64,000 nucleotides of DNA from a virus. The translations under genes and the position numbers were made by a program. Positions within the stretch are counted from its first letter, which is position 1; each line of letters opens with the position of its first letter. The notes beneath the pieces are model-generated. The model saw only the letters and a program-made list of their open reading frames with translations, did no database searches and was not told the origin of the DNA. Where the stretch lies: the IMG/VR virus record IMGVR_UViG_3300036944_000561, positions 1 through 64,000 of that record; one strand, written 5' to 3'. Positions 1 through 10,506 of the stretch are shown piece by piece.

Positions 1-10
1 AACATTTTGG

Positions 11-892
11 GTGATGGCTGGTAGAACAGATGTCAAGGGATATTTGGAATTCTTTTTACCTCGTGCATTGAATTTCAGCGACGATGGTGTCAATTGGCGC
101 GGCGCATACGGCGGCCGAATTTATGAATACGGTCAAATGCAAGATGCGGTTGATGCCTTCATTGAAGACGGGGCATTTACCCGGCGGTGTGTCATCGCTA
201 TCTATGATCCTTCCAAAGATTCCAAAGACTCTTTGATGGCCAAGTACTCCATCACCAACACCAAAGATTTGCCATGTAATGACTTCATTCAATTTTGGTC
301 TGACGGTGAAGACATTATGATGGACGTGTATCAGCGTTCTGGTGATATTTTCTGGGGAACAGGTTCTATTAATTTGTATGAATTTGCATTCTTACAAGAA
401 TGTTTTGTTGCTTTGGTCAATACCCGGTCTGAGAAGAAATATGGGTTGGGTTCATATCGTCAAATGACAACCAATCTTCATTTTTACCCTCAGAATGTCG
501 GTACACAAGCTGAAGACATTTGTTCAGGATATCAATGGCAAAGTGATATTCCCCCATACGATGAAGTGATGGGCGGAATTGATATCGGTCCAATAAACGA
601 TACCGAAACCCTCAAAAATTTCTTTCAAGATTGTGTAATGTCATTCACTCGTCTACAGAACAGGATGAAAGATAATTACGTCTTAGATGTATTCAAAAAA
701 TATGAAATTCCAGCGAGCCATAAAAATACCTTATGGGTTGTTGCTTCAACAATTGAAACATATATTTATTCAAAAGTGTTTGTCGACGAACCCAAATGTA
801 GTATGGAAGAAGGTTTCTTCCGATATCATGAGCCTCTTCTCGAAAGTATTAGAAATTGTAAATTCACCAATTTTGAGATAGAGGATATCTGA
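11..892 (+). CDS. Thymidylate synthase-family enzyme, probable dUMP hydroxymethylase (may start before the window)
   Basis: Catalytic PC in KDLPCN, QRSGDIFWGTGSINLYEF motif with the Asn of dUMP-specific members, NLHFY motif; adjacent to dNMP kinase and dUTPase. Confidence 0.75.
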   Translation: MMAGRTDVKGYLEFFLPRALNFSDDGVNWRGAYGGRIYEYGQMQDAVDAFIEDGAFTRRCVIAIYDPSKDSKDSLMAKYSITNTKDLPCNDFIQFWSDGEDIMMDVYQRSGDIFWGTGSINLYEFAFLQECFVALVNTRSEKKYGLGSYRQMTTNLHFYPQNVGTQAEDICSGYQWQSDIPPYDEVMGGIDIGPINDTETLKNFFQDCVMSFTRLQNRMKDNYVLDVFKKYEIPASHKNTLWVVASTIETYIYSKVFVDEPKCSMEEGFFRYHEPLLESIRNCKFTNFEIEDI

Positions 893-894
893 TC

Positions 895-1485
895 ATGGCT
901 CTCGTAGTAGTATTGACAGGATTGAAAAGATCTGGAAAAGATTATATGCTCAAGCGAGCGCAAGAAGCCTTTGATCTGAGGGGGGTAGAAGTGATTCGTC
1001 TCTCCTTTTCTGATCAATTGAGGGAAATATGTCATTATATTTTCCCGTGGCTTCCAGCGGATATCGAGGAGTCTATCAAGGATGTTCCGTTTGACCATCC
1101 AAAGAATATTCATCGCCTCACTCCTAGAGAAATTTGGAAACGGGTAGCGGACGACAACACCGGCATTTGTTCAATACAACCTGAAGTATTGGTTGACTTT
1201 TTCAACGAGAAATATTCTCAAATTCTAGACGATGATGAAGACCATCGGGTGTATATCATTTCAGATTTAAGAAAATTGTCTGAATACGAATTGGTAAAGA
1301 CAGCACAATTCCCAATTATTCGTATCACCGATCCGGCGTATAATGGACCCATTGATGATGTTGAGAAATTGATTCCATTGTTCGAAGTTGAAGCAGAAGT
1401 TGAAAACCACTTCGAAGAAAAATCAGTATTACAATTTCTCACCATCTTGGAAAAGGTTATCAATGAGAGATACAAACATGAATGA
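895..1485 (+). CDS. Deoxynucleoside monophosphate kinase (T4 gp1-like)
   Basis: N-terminal P-loop LTGLKRSGKD, SFSDQLREI, TPREIW and IISDLR motifs. Confidence 0.85.
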   Translation: MALVVVLTGLKRSGKDYMLKRAQEAFDLRGVEVIRLSFSDQLREICHYIFPWLPADIEESIKDVPFDHPKNIHRLTPREIWKRVADDNTGICSIQPEVLVDFFNEKYSQILDDDEDHRVYIISDLRKLSEYELVKTAQFPIIRITDPAYNGPIDDVEKLIPLFEVEAEVENHFEEKSVLQFLTILEKVINERYKHE

Positions 1486-2191
1486 ACAATTAGAATTACA
1501 ACCCATGACATTCTTTGAAGAAATCGAAACATACTGTGCTGATATCCTGGTTCATCAAGCATCGCTCAATGAACTATACAATAAAGATTGGAAATCTATC
1601 AGCATTCATTCTGTTGTTTTTGCGGTCAAAGAAGAATTGGTTGAAATGAACCGGGAACTAACCCACATTTGGAAGTTTTGGGGATCCAAGAAAGCAAACT
1701 ACTCTAATGCGTTGGAAGAATTCATCGACGTATTACATTTTTCAGCATTTATGGTGTTGTTGAATGAAGACGTTTTGTCCCGTCCGTATCAGAAACCGTA
1801 TATCAACGGGGTATTCAAAGATTTTTCTGCCGAATCTTTGTGTTCTACTTTGGCTGTAGGCAATAGATCAAAGGAATTGATTCTTCTTAATCGCATCAAT
1901 ACTGCTGCCGAAACTCTCAAGAGTACATTCCCCCGGTTCGATTGCACTCTCCCATTCTTGTTCTTGTTTGGTTGTGTATTCTTTGACATGACACCTTCAC
2001 AAATGTATGTTGGATATCTTTTCAAGAACAACAAGAACAAGAACAGAACATTGAAAGGGGCTACTGTCAAAGATATTGATAAAACTTCCGAGATGAGCGT
2101 CTACCAGTACCTGCAATCATCCAATATAGTCTTTGAAACAGAGGAAGAGTATAATCTCAGGATGGTTACATTAGAGGGAAGGAAATACTGA
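1478..2191 (+). CDS. Dimeric all-alpha dUTPase/dCTPase
   Basis: AVKEELVEM...IWKFW...ALEEFIDVLHF motifs; start moved to ATG 1478, which overlaps the upstream stop. Confidence 0.8.
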   Translation: MNEQLELQPMTFFEEIETYCADILVHQASLNELYNKDWKSISIHSVVFAVKEELVEMNRELTHIWKFWGSKKANYSNALEEFIDVLHFSAFMVLLNEDVLSRPYQKPYINGVFKDFSAESLCSTLAVGNRSKELILLNRINTAAETLKSTFPRFDCTLPFLFLFGCVFFDMTPSQMYVGYLFKNNKNKNRTLKGATVKDIDKTSEMSVYQYLQSSNIVFETEEEYNLRMVTLEGRKY

Positions 2192-2715
2192 TGTTTATAG
2201 CGAATTTAGGACATATTTCAGAAGAGAGCATTGAAGCCATCAAATCTACTATCAAAGTCTCTCATAATTTTCAAAAAGACTTAGATAAAAATGTGTTGCT
2301 GGTCAGCTTCTCCCCGGCTATCTACAAAGAATTGTACAATGGATTGTACAACCTTGCGATAGATGTGAAATATCCTTCTGATCTTCATACCGGAAAGATT
2401 ACTTGTTGGAATACCAAGGATGATGGAACTTCATTAGAATTTCATCCCGAATTTCAACTTCTGCACGAAATATTATATCTGAATGAAAGTGTTGCCAATA
2501 TGACTCAGATCATCAATGAACAAGGCAAGCTGGTTATTCAGATGTCAAGGGATGTTTCGGGTATGACCAAAGAAGTCAAGACATTAAAAGAATTCATCGT
2601 AAATAACACTCACCAACGAAGTGTGATGGTTGATTTAGTTGACCAGATCAATGCTCGTTTTAAACGCATGGGTGTAGAACCAATCGATTTCCAATATGAG
2701 TATAGGGAGCAATAA
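2191..2715 (+). CDS. Hypothetical protein
   Basis: 174-aa ORF coupled to both neighbours. Confidence 0.7.
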   Translation: MFIANLGHISEESIEAIKSTIKVSHNFQKDLDKNVLLVSFSPAIYKELYNGLYNLAIDVKYPSDLHTGKITCWNTKDDGTSLEFHPEFQLLHEILYLNESVANMTQIINEQGKLVIQMSRDVSGMTKEVKTLKEFIVNNTHQRSVMVDLVDQINARFKRMGVEPIDFQYEYREQ

Positions 2716-3804
2716 ATGGCCTCTTTGACAGATAAAATTTTGAAACTTGCCCAAAAGAATAACAAGAATCCAGTTTCTGTTTTGAAAGAATCTGGTTTCA
2801 TCAAAAAGGAAGTATTGGCTAAACTTCCTGTCCCTATTCTGAACATTGCTCATTCTGGTAATGTTGAAGGTGAAGACGCTGGTATAACGTTTGGGTCTCA
2901 CCAGATCCTAGGTGAATCAAAAACTTTCAAGACATTGTTCGGCATCATCCAGGTCAAAGCATTCATGGATGCGTACAAGGATTCAACGTGCGTCTTCATT
3001 GATTCAGAATTCGGGGCGAATGAAGATTATTGGAAAGCCTGTGAAATCGACATGAATCGGGTAATTCATATTCCTGTTCGTAGTGTTGAAGAAATGATGA
3101 ACGTGGTCATTCCTATTCTCGAAGAAACAGATGTTTCTGATAACGTTGTCTTCTTCGTCGACTCTGTTGGTCAATTGGGTTCTAAGAAAGAACTTGAAAA
3201 TTCGATGACGGGTGAAGCTGGCAAGCAAGACTTTACTCGTGCGAAGAGTCTGAACTCATTCTGGCGTCTCGCCATTCCTGCAATCAATCTCGCAAAGGTT
3301 CCATTCTTTTGGATTGGTGGTATCTATGACACAACAGACCAATACAATCCGCTATCAATCAGCGGTGGTAAGAAGGGTGAACTCGGCTCAGACACCATTT
3401 GGTTGATCACCAAGTCAAAGAACAAAGAAACCGTGAAAAACGAAGTCACAGGAAAATCCAAAGAAGAACAGACTGGTTGGGTCTTCAACATTAAGATTTA
3501 CAAATCTCGTTTTGTTGTAGAAGGTTCGGTCTTCCCTGTATGTGTAAGATATGACGGGGGTGTTGACAAATATTATGGTATATTAGATATTGCTAGGGAA
3601 GTCGGTGCTGTTGATATGCCCAGCAATGGTTGGTACTGCCGTACAGAATTGATCGGGTATATTGATGACAAAAAGGTTCAAAAATCATCAATGGACTCAG
3701 AATGGTTTGAAAGTATTATCAAGAATGAAGAATTTCAAACTCTTGTTCGAAAGAAATATATGCTGACCAACGAAAACTTGTTAGCGAGCAAAGACGAACA
3801 GTGA
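2716..3804 (+). CDS. uvsX: RecA-like recombinase UvsX
   Basis: GESKTFKT P-loop, FIDSEFG, FFVDSVGQL, ISGGKKG motifs. Confidence 0.93.
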   Translation: MASLTDKILKLAQKNNKNPVSVLKESGFIKKEVLAKLPVPILNIAHSGNVEGEDAGITFGSHQILGESKTFKTLFGIIQVKAFMDAYKDSTCVFIDSEFGANEDYWKACEIDMNRVIHIPVRSVEEMMNVVIPILEETDVSDNVVFFVDSVGQLGSKKELENSMTGEAGKQDFTRAKSLNSFWRLAIPAINLAKVPFFWIGGIYDTTDQYNPLSISGGKKGELGSDTIWLITKSKNKETVKNEVTGKSKEEQTGWVFNIKIYKSRFVVEGSVFPVCVRYDGGVDKYYGILDIAREVGAVDMPSNGWYCRTELIGYIDDKKVQKSSMDSEWFESIIKNEEFQTLVRKKYMLTNENLLASKDEQ

Positions 3805-3812
3805 TAGTATTT

Positions 3813-3841
3813 TGGAGACTCTATAACAGAGTCTCCTTTTC
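3813..3841 (+). terminator. Rho-independent terminator after uvsX
   Basis: GGAGACTCT-ATAAC-AGAGTCTCC followed by TTTT. Confidence 0.7.
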
Positions 3842-3859
3842 AAAGATTGGTGAAGTATA

Positions 3860-5287
3860 ATGCTGATTCAAGATTTAATTCTCAACCAATTTCTTCATAA
3901 TGAAGATTTCTTTCACAAAGCTCTTCCGCATATAAAGAATGAATATTTCGAAGGTGAACCCGAACGAGTAGTGTTTGGGTTGATTGATTCGTATGCTCAG
4001 AAATATAACAGTCGTCCAACTGCTGAAGCCATCGCCATCCTAGCGGAAGAATCAAAGATTCCTGAAGGCATCTGGGAAAAAGTGATTGATTTAGTCGGTA
4101 TGTTAGAAACCCCTGCCGAACCCCAGAACTATAAATGGCTGTTATCGCAAACTGAGCAATGGATGAGGGATCGTGCTTGCTATAACGTGATAATGGATGC
4201 GGTAAACATATACAGCAATAAGAATCGCCGTCAGGAGCTCTCAACCATACCAGAATTGTTGGCCGAGGCTACTATTGTTGGATTTGATGATGACCTTGGT
4301 GAGATCTACTGGGAAATGGCCGGAGAACATTATGATTATATGCATAGTGAACAAACCAGGATCCCGTTTACAGTTGAAATTCTGAACAAGATTACCAATG
4401 GGGGAGTTTGGAGAAAATGTCTGTGTGCTCTCACTGCTGGTATCAACGTCGGAAAAACAACAGGATTGATCGATTTAGCTGCTCAATATGCCTCTCAAGG
4501 GTATGACGTCATCTACTTCACCTTCGAAGTTCAGCAACACGGTATTAGACACAGAATGGACTGTAGGGTACTTGATAGAGACTTTCAGACTGTTGAAGCT
4601 TTACCAAGACATCAATATCTGGCCATGATTGAAAATATGCGGAAGAAGGGCTGGGGAAATATCTTCATCAAGGAATATCCAAGCGGGGGCGCTCATGCTG
4701 GGCATTGCCGGGCATATGTCAAAGATTTGATGAAGCGGAAGAATGTGAAACCTACAGTCTTGTTGTTTGACTATATTGGCGAAATGGCAAGCGAACGGCT
4801 CCCGGTAGCCATGATCGGTAAATCCGATTTGTATCAAGGCTCTATCGCCAGGGAATTGAGATCGTTAGCATTCGAATTTGATTGCGCTGGGTGGACTGCT
4901 ACACAGTTTCAACGTGGTATGCAAAACACCAAAGACATGGATCTTTCTGGGAACGCTGATTCCATTACTGTTCCAAAGGTCTTAGATTTACAAATTGGTC
5001 TTGCCGTCCCTGATGAATATGCTGCTCTGAATCAAGCTTGGGGAACGGTCATGAAAAACCGTTTTGCTAACAAGAACAAAATGAAGAATTTCTTGATAGG
5101 ACTGAACCAAGATTTTCAGAAACTGTTTGATGTTGATCCAGAGCTACAGACATTTGCAGCGGGTGAGCTGAACACTGATAACATCGGGGATTCCGATAAA
5201 GTTGAAAGTGTACCGGGTGCGCCTAAGACGTCTATTAGAAAGTCTCAGAAACTTGACAGAGAATCTGTGAACAAATTAGTTTTTTGA
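3860..5287 (+). CDS. 41: Replicative DnaB-like helicase (T4 gp41-like)
   Basis: AGINVGKT Walker A, FIKEYPSGGAHAGH, LLFDY, WTATQFQR, MKNRF. Confidence 0.93.
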   Translation: MLIQDLILNQFLHNEDFFHKALPHIKNEYFEGEPERVVFGLIDSYAQKYNSRPTAEAIAILAEESKIPEGIWEKVIDLVGMLETPAEPQNYKWLLSQTEQWMRDRACYNVIMDAVNIYSNKNRRQELSTIPELLAEATIVGFDDDLGEIYWEMAGEHYDYMHSEQTRIPFTVEILNKITNGGVWRKCLCALTAGINVGKTTGLIDLAAQYASQGYDVIYFTFEVQQHGIRHRMDCRVLDRDFQTVEALPRHQYLAMIENMRKKGWGNIFIKEYPSGGAHAGHCRAYVKDLMKRKNVKPTVLLFDYIGEMASERLPVAMIGKSDLYQGSIARELRSLAFEFDCAGWTATQFQRGMQNTKDMDLSGNADSITVPKVLDLQIGLAVPDEYAALNQAWGTVMKNRFANKNKMKNFLIGLNQDFQKLFDVDPELQTFAAGELNTDNIGDSDKVESVPGAPKTSIRKSQKLDRESVNKLVF

Positions 5288-5367
5288 TTGAAAAATTTGC
5301 CCATATAATTACTGGTGCAATGTAAAATGACAATTTGTGTATATTATCTTGAAAAAGGAAATCGTGT

Positions 5368-5625
5368 ATGAACAAAAGTGAATTGATTGAAGCCGTAGCA
5401 ACCAAAGCAGATGTTTCGAAAGCTACCGTTAACAGAACTCTTGATGCCCTGGCCGAAGTGTTGAAAGAAACCTTGGTTAAACCTGGCGATAAAGTTCGTA
5501 TCCTGGGCGTGGCTTCTTTTGAAGTCAAACACCAAGAAGCTCGAACTGCTCGAAATCCGTTGAATGGTGAAACTGTCCAAGTTGCCGCCAAAGATGTCGT
5601 AAAAGCAAAATCATTGGTGAAATAA
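5368..5625 (+). CDS. HU-family DNA-binding protein
   Basis: MNKSELIEAVATKADVSKA start; GVASFEVKHQEARTARNPLNGETVQVAAK arm. Confidence 0.92.
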   Translation: MNKSELIEAVATKADVSKATVNRTLDALAEVLKETLVKPGDKVRILGVASFEVKHQEARTARNPLNGETVQVAAKDVVKAKSLVK

Positions 5626-5984
5626 TGAGAATTCGAGTCGGACACCCTCTATTTGAAAAACTTGCCGGTGAACTACGGAACCACCTCGGTGGTAAAATGG
5701 TTGTTCATGATTGCACGGACTTTTCTGAAAATGATGTCCGTTCAAAGATAGAAAGTGAATCACCTGCGAGGAAAGAAGTTCTCTCAGTAGATTTATTGCG
5801 GTCTGAATATTCAATTTTTGCTGAAACACATTTCTGTGTTGCGAGAATCACCAATCGCGATGATCTTTATTTTGCAATTGATGTTTCAATTGATGACTCT
5901 GGTGACAATGTTTTTGAACAAGTTCATTTCAGAGAAATCGATGGTGAAGAAGAATTGGAAAAGATCAAAGAATTTCTCGATTGA
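5625..5984 (+). CDS. Hypothetical protein
   Basis: 119-aa ORF whose start overlaps the HU stop. Confidence 0.65.
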   Translation: MRIRVGHPLFEKLAGELRNHLGGKMVVHDCTDFSENDVRSKIESESPARKEVLSVDLLRSEYSIFAETHFCVARITNRDDLYFAIDVSIDDSGDNVFEQVHFREIDGEEELEKIKEFLD

Positions 5985-5999
5985 GTTACTTCTAAGTTG

Positions 6000-6027
6000 A
6001 AAAGACCGCCAATTTGGCGGTCTTTTT
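6000..6027. terminator. Rho-independent terminator (symmetric)
   Basis: AAAAGACCGCCAA-T-TTGGCGGTCTTTTT inverted repeat. Confidence 0.85.
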
Positions 6028-6054
6028 GTTATTGAAACTTTTACCCAGTAAAAT
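6026..6054 (+). promoter_or_regulatory. Candidate sigma70-type promoter for rIIA
   Basis: TTGTTA-17 bp-TAAAAT. Confidence 0.45.
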
Positions 6055-6085
6055 AAAGCAATTTCTTTGATTTCAAAAAGGTATC

Positions 6086-8959
6086 GTGATGGAATTACAC
6101 AATCAAGAACGCATCATTTCTTCCGGCAATAGCGGCAAACACTTTGATGTAGAGTCCAACGGGATTTTGTTTCAGACTTTAACATCTACCCTGTACAAAG
6201 ATAAACCCAGAGCAGTTGTTCGTGAAGAAATTGCCAACTGTGTTGATGCCCATAGGATGCGTGATGAACTCTTCAGAGATTGTTACAATTTCGAAACAAA
6301 AGAAATCACAGATCATAGAAAATTTCAAGAATTGGTGGATGCTGGTTATTCTGTTCCCGGTACTCCATGGGAAATCCATCTCCCTACAGAAATTGAACCT
6401 TGGCTGATTTTCAAAGATTGCGGTATTGGACTAACACCTGACAGTGTAATCGGAAAAATACAATACGATGAAGCTGGCACTGCTATTATCATCGATGGTA
6501 AACCACTGAGGCAAGGGGGAGTGTATACCACTCTATTCGGCTCAGACAAGCGTCAAAACAATCTCACAATAGGATCGTATGGTTTAGGGTGTAAGTCCCC
6601 CTATTCTATCTCTGATACGTTTACGGTCAATTGTATTGTCGGGGGTAAGAAACATTCTTATCTCATGTATATGGATGAAAGTAGAACCCCGTCAGTAGAA
6701 TGGTTGACTGAAGGAGAAACATTAGAAGAAATGATGGGAGACGGTCGTCCCGAATTGGTGAATGAACCCAATGGAGTAGAAGTTAGAATCGAGGGGATAG
6801 AATATAGAATCTTCGATAAATTGAAACTTGCCGCATCTGAAATTCTACAGACATTTCCTCAAGAAGAACAACCTATCATCAACTCCGGGATGTTTTCATT
6901 CCGGCCAATGGAAGTTGAACCATTCACCGAACATACAATGTTAGTCAAGAATGCTCACTATGGGTCTTTATTCTATAATCAGATAGTTGTCAATACCGGG
7001 GGTGTAATTTATCCGGTAGACCAAGAGAAATATTCCGAATTTGAAATATCCGAAGTTGTTTTGAATTATCTCAAGGGTAGAGGAACATTGATGATCAATA
7101 TGCCGTTGGGTAGCGTAGGCATTCCTCCATCACGAGAAGAAATTTCATACGATAAGAAGACTGTAGACAATATCTCTACTGTTATCAAAGAAGTTTCAAC
7201 ACTGGTCGATAATAAGATCAAAGAAATTATATCCCAAATCAGTTTGAAAAATAATTCCATTGGAAGATATTGGCCGGTGTACCAAGAACTTTCAAAAATC
7301 TTCGGGCACTCTGAAGCTTCTAACATCATAGAACAAGAATATAGAAAAAGAGAAACTGAACTCAAACAAGCTGGATTATTTTTCGATAAATCCGATAGCG
7401 GAAACTCTTTCGGGATTTCTTTAGAATTAGGTAAATTGCGATATGGTCAAGATTTCAGAGTATATCACAGAGGTTTTAACAAACGATACACTTCTGAAAA
7501 AGAATCTTCTCATGTATCTACTGGGTACATGAGAAATCCACGATTAGTATTGAACAAATACACCTTTGAAAATTCTATGATTGTTTTGCTGGACAATAAC
7601 TTTGCAAAATCTACTATCATCAGTCGATTGAATGGTGTTTGGGAAACGTCAGTCAAATACATTTATATTTTTGGTGTTGATAAAGAAATAGTTCAACCCA
7701 ACTCTGTATCGGATATGGTTAAGAAACTTTCTGATATATACGAATGTGAGGTGTTGTTGTCATCACAAATATGCGACAAATATGAAGATTATAAATCCCA
7801 GAACAAATTAACGCGAGCCAGTACTGAAGAAGTTGTTAGAAATGTGCGAATCATTGATCCTTTCGATTCAACTTCTGCTGCTTGTAAGGAATCACCACAT
7901 TCCGGTAATATGCCCGACATTTTCTTTGAGAATGGTTTGGAAGAATTCAAAAATCCTATCACTTTCATATCTTATGAAGAATGGGAGAAATATGAAAATT
8001 CTTCAGGATGGTACAGTAGAAATTCTAAAGTGAAACTTCAACTAGCATTTTTAGAACTTGATATGGACCGTTTGTATATTGTCAAGGGAACAAGAACAGT
8101 TTCTGCTAAGATGTTCAGGGATTCAGAAGACACCCGGGAAATCACCTCAGAGATTATCAACAATGCAATAGAAACCAGAAATTCGATGTTGTTGAAGGAA
8201 CTATGGCCATCCTCGGATTTATCTAGATTTTGTCTAAAGGAATATTGTAGAACAAACCAGCATTCAGACGGATTTGATTATATTAACAAATATTCTGATA
8301 TCCTTAGAAGAGTTGGAGGACAATCAGTTTTGGAACTGGCTGTCATCTCTTGGGCAACGTATCAAGAAGAAGAGTACAAAAGTGCTGGTCAATTGTATTA
8401 TGAATTAAAATGTTTGACTCCAGAGCAATATAACCGAGTTGTTTCATTCTTTGATCTATTTGACATAGATGTTCCTGCGTTGTATGCTAAATTTGAAGAA
8501 ATTTCAATATTGTTTTCAGATGATAATATTGATGAATCATACGCGATGATCAAATATGCATCTGATAGTCATTTCAGAAGTTTGTCCGGAATACAAGTGT
8601 TGCAAAAGTGTGGATTCGAAGTGACTTCTAAATTATGTCAACTGGCTGAAGACTTTTTGAAAATGATGACAATCATGTATCATCCAACCTTTAAAGAAAT
8701 TAAAGAAAAATTGGAAACCATCGACGAAAAATTGATATCTTGTGTTTCTATCGATCATGATGCTATCTATAATCGGATATCGAAATATGTAAGCAAAGTT
8801 CTGAAAGAATTAGACAATCCTCTTATTGCCAAGCAATGTCAACAAGAAATAGAAAATTCTATAAGAACAAAACAACGTTTTTGTTCAATGTTACGATTTG
8901 ATTTAGAACCGAAATTAAGAACAACTTCTGAGAGTCTATTGAAAACTCTAAGCATATAA
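6086..8959 (+). CDS. rIIA: rIIA protein (N-terminal GHKL/HATPase domain)
   Basis: LFQTLTSTLYKDKPRAVVREEIANCVDAH, KDCGIGL, GSYGLGCKSP; directly upstream of rIIB. Confidence 0.9.
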   Translation: MMELHNQERIISSGNSGKHFDVESNGILFQTLTSTLYKDKPRAVVREEIANCVDAHRMRDELFRDCYNFETKEITDHRKFQELVDAGYSVPGTPWEIHLPTEIEPWLIFKDCGIGLTPDSVIGKIQYDEAGTAIIIDGKPLRQGGVYTTLFGSDKRQNNLTIGSYGLGCKSPYSISDTFTVNCIVGGKKHSYLMYMDESRTPSVEWLTEGETLEEMMGDGRPELVNEPNGVEVRIEGIEYRIFDKLKLAASEILQTFPQEEQPIINSGMFSFRPMEVEPFTEHTMLVKNAHYGSLFYNQIVVNTGGVIYPVDQEKYSEFEISEVVLNYLKGRGTLMINMPLGSVGIPPSREEISYDKKTVDNISTVIKEVSTLVDNKIKEIISQISLKNNSIGRYWPVYQELSKIFGHSEASNIIEQEYRKRETELKQAGLFFDKSDSGNSFGISLELGKLRYGQDFRVYHRGFNKRYTSEKESSHVSTGYMRNPRLVLNKYTFENSMIVLLDNNFAKSTIISRLNGVWETSVKYIYIFGVDKEIVQPNSVSDMVKKLSDIYECEVLLSSQICDKYEDYKSQNKLTRASTEEVVRNVRIIDPFDSTSAACKESPHSGNMPDIFFENGLEEFKNPITFISYEEWEKYENSSGWYSRNSKVKLQLAFLELDMDRLYIVKGTRTVSAKMFRDSEDTREITSEIINNAIETRNSMLLKELWPSSDLSRFCLKEYCRTNQHSDGFDYINKYSDILRRVGGQSVLELAVISWATYQEEEYKSAGQLYYELKCLTPEQYNRVVSFFDLFDIDVPALYAKFEEISILFSDDNIDESYAMIKYASDSHFRSLSGIQVLQKCGFEVTSKLCQLAEDFLKMMTIMYHPTFKEIKEKLETIDEKLISCVSIDHDAIYNRISKYVSKVLKELDNPLIAKQCQQEIENSIRTKQRFCSMLRFDLEPKLRTTSESLLKTLSI

Positions 8960-8988
8960 TTATCCCAATTTCATAGGAGGACAAGAAC

Positions 8989-10467
8989 ATGGGCATAAAT
9001 TACGAAGAACTGACAAAACAGATAACTTCTGAATGTCAGGGAATGTCAATCAATGCAATTTCCAAGAAATTGGGAGTCAGTCGAGCCACTGTCAAAAAAG
9101 CCTTGGAAAAGATACATGAAAACGCGTACGAACAAGATGATACCGTTGAAGAAGTTGAGCAAGAAGTCACCATTACGTCAACTGACAACGGTTGCGTATC
9201 TTATACCCCGGCCAAACGAGCACCGGCAGTTGTGGGGGATATATTTGAATGGGGTAAGAACAGAGATATCCTAGCCATTGTCACCAGAGTTGAAGTAGAG
9301 TCAAAGGTTCTCTGGTTCGCTAGAATTAAATTTCAAAATAATCGAATTCAACAGACTGATGCCGTGACCATGTGCAAATTTAGCGGTTGGCGAAAGAAGA
9401 AAGCACAATTCTTAAAATCGAATGTTGATCTTGAACGTGCTCAGAAAATGGCAGTTGAAAAAACCAGTTATGATCTGAAAGATGTACAAAGATCCCTTGG
9501 TCCAAACTTTGAGAATACTTGGCTGGACATTTTTAGCGAAGAATTGAAACCTATAGAAGGTGTGGAAGAAACCCCCGACGAAATTGTGGTGAAAATCCAA
9601 TCAAGCGCCAAAAAGAAACTCGAAACAATCCCTGAACCAGTGAAATGCCCATATCGATTGATTGTTTCAGAACGATCTATAACCATTTTTCCGACAAAGT
9701 CACAATCATTGGTAGTAACGTCAGACCAGGGCGATATCTTCACCAATGCTCTTGAATGTGTGAATTCAAATGACTGGGATGCATTGTTATCAGTCATGAA
9801 AAACCGAACAGAATCTTCTGATAACATTAAGAAGTTCTTGAAAGAATTTGGGTTTGAATTCAAGGCCGGATTTGTAGAGATGGTCAATAATACCGGAAAG
9901 ATTAAACTGAATGGGTTGGATGTCATTCTTAAACGAATGGAAAACTATTCCAAGAAAGGAAATCCGGAAGGTGTTCGTGGTCTGTGTCGGTTCATTGATA
10001 AGATTACTGAAAACCCAGATCAGGAAGTTATTGACAAGGTGGTCGAGTTTGTTAGGTATTCTGATATCGAAATTGATTCAGACGGCGATCTGATTTGTTA
10101 CAAAGTAGTTGATGCCAATTACAAAGATGCGTACACCCGGAAATTGGACAACAGTCCTGGGTCATTGGTTAAGATGAAGCGTCTTCTTATCGATACTGAT
10201 TCTAACAAGACTTGTTCTCAGGGTCTTCATGTTTGTTCGTTGGGGTATGTCCCGAAATATGGTTCAGCGGCCAAAATTGACAGTTATGGTTCAAGATTGG
10301 TGACATGTAAGTTGAATCCTACCAACATCGTTACTATTCCGAATGATTATAATGGTAAGAAGATTCGGTGTTGTGAATATCTGGTTCTCAAAGATGTGAC
10401 ATCCGATTATCGGTCTGGAAAACTCAAAGCAGATCATGCTGGAGCGTTTTCTTCTAAGAAAGAATGA
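8989..10467 (+). CDS. rIIB: rIIB protein with N-terminal HTH
   Basis: YKVVDANYKDAY...TCSQGLHVCS...IVTIPNDYNGKKIRCCEYLV; HTH SINAISKKLGVSRATV. Confidence 0.9.
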   Translation: MGINYEELTKQITSECQGMSINAISKKLGVSRATVKKALEKIHENAYEQDDTVEEVEQEVTITSTDNGCVSYTPAKRAPAVVGDIFEWGKNRDILAIVTRVEVESKVLWFARIKFQNNRIQQTDAVTMCKFSGWRKKKAQFLKSNVDLERAQKMAVEKTSYDLKDVQRSLGPNFENTWLDIFSEELKPIEGVEETPDEIVVKIQSSAKKKLETIPEPVKCPYRLIVSERSITIFPTKSQSLVVTSDQGDIFTNALECVNSNDWDALLSVMKNRTESSDNIKKFLKEFGFEFKAGFVEMVNNTGKIKLNGLDVILKRMENYSKKGNPEGVRGLCRFIDKITENPDQEVIDKVVEFVRYSDIEIDSDGDLICYKVVDANYKDAYTRKLDNSPGSLVKMKRLLIDTDSNKTCSQGLHVCSLGYVPKYGSAAKIDSYGSRLVTCKLNPTNIVTIPNDYNGKKIRCCEYLVLKDVTSDYRSGKLKADHAGAFSSKKE

Positions 10468-10474
10468 TGTACAT

Positions 10475-10504
10475 AGAACCCGGCTAATTTCAGCCGGGTT
10501 CTCT
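10475..10504 (+). terminator. Terminator after rIIB
   Basis: AGAACCCGGCT-AATTTC-AGCCGGGTTCT stem followed by pyrimidines. Confidence 0.7.
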
Positions 10505-10506
10505 TC

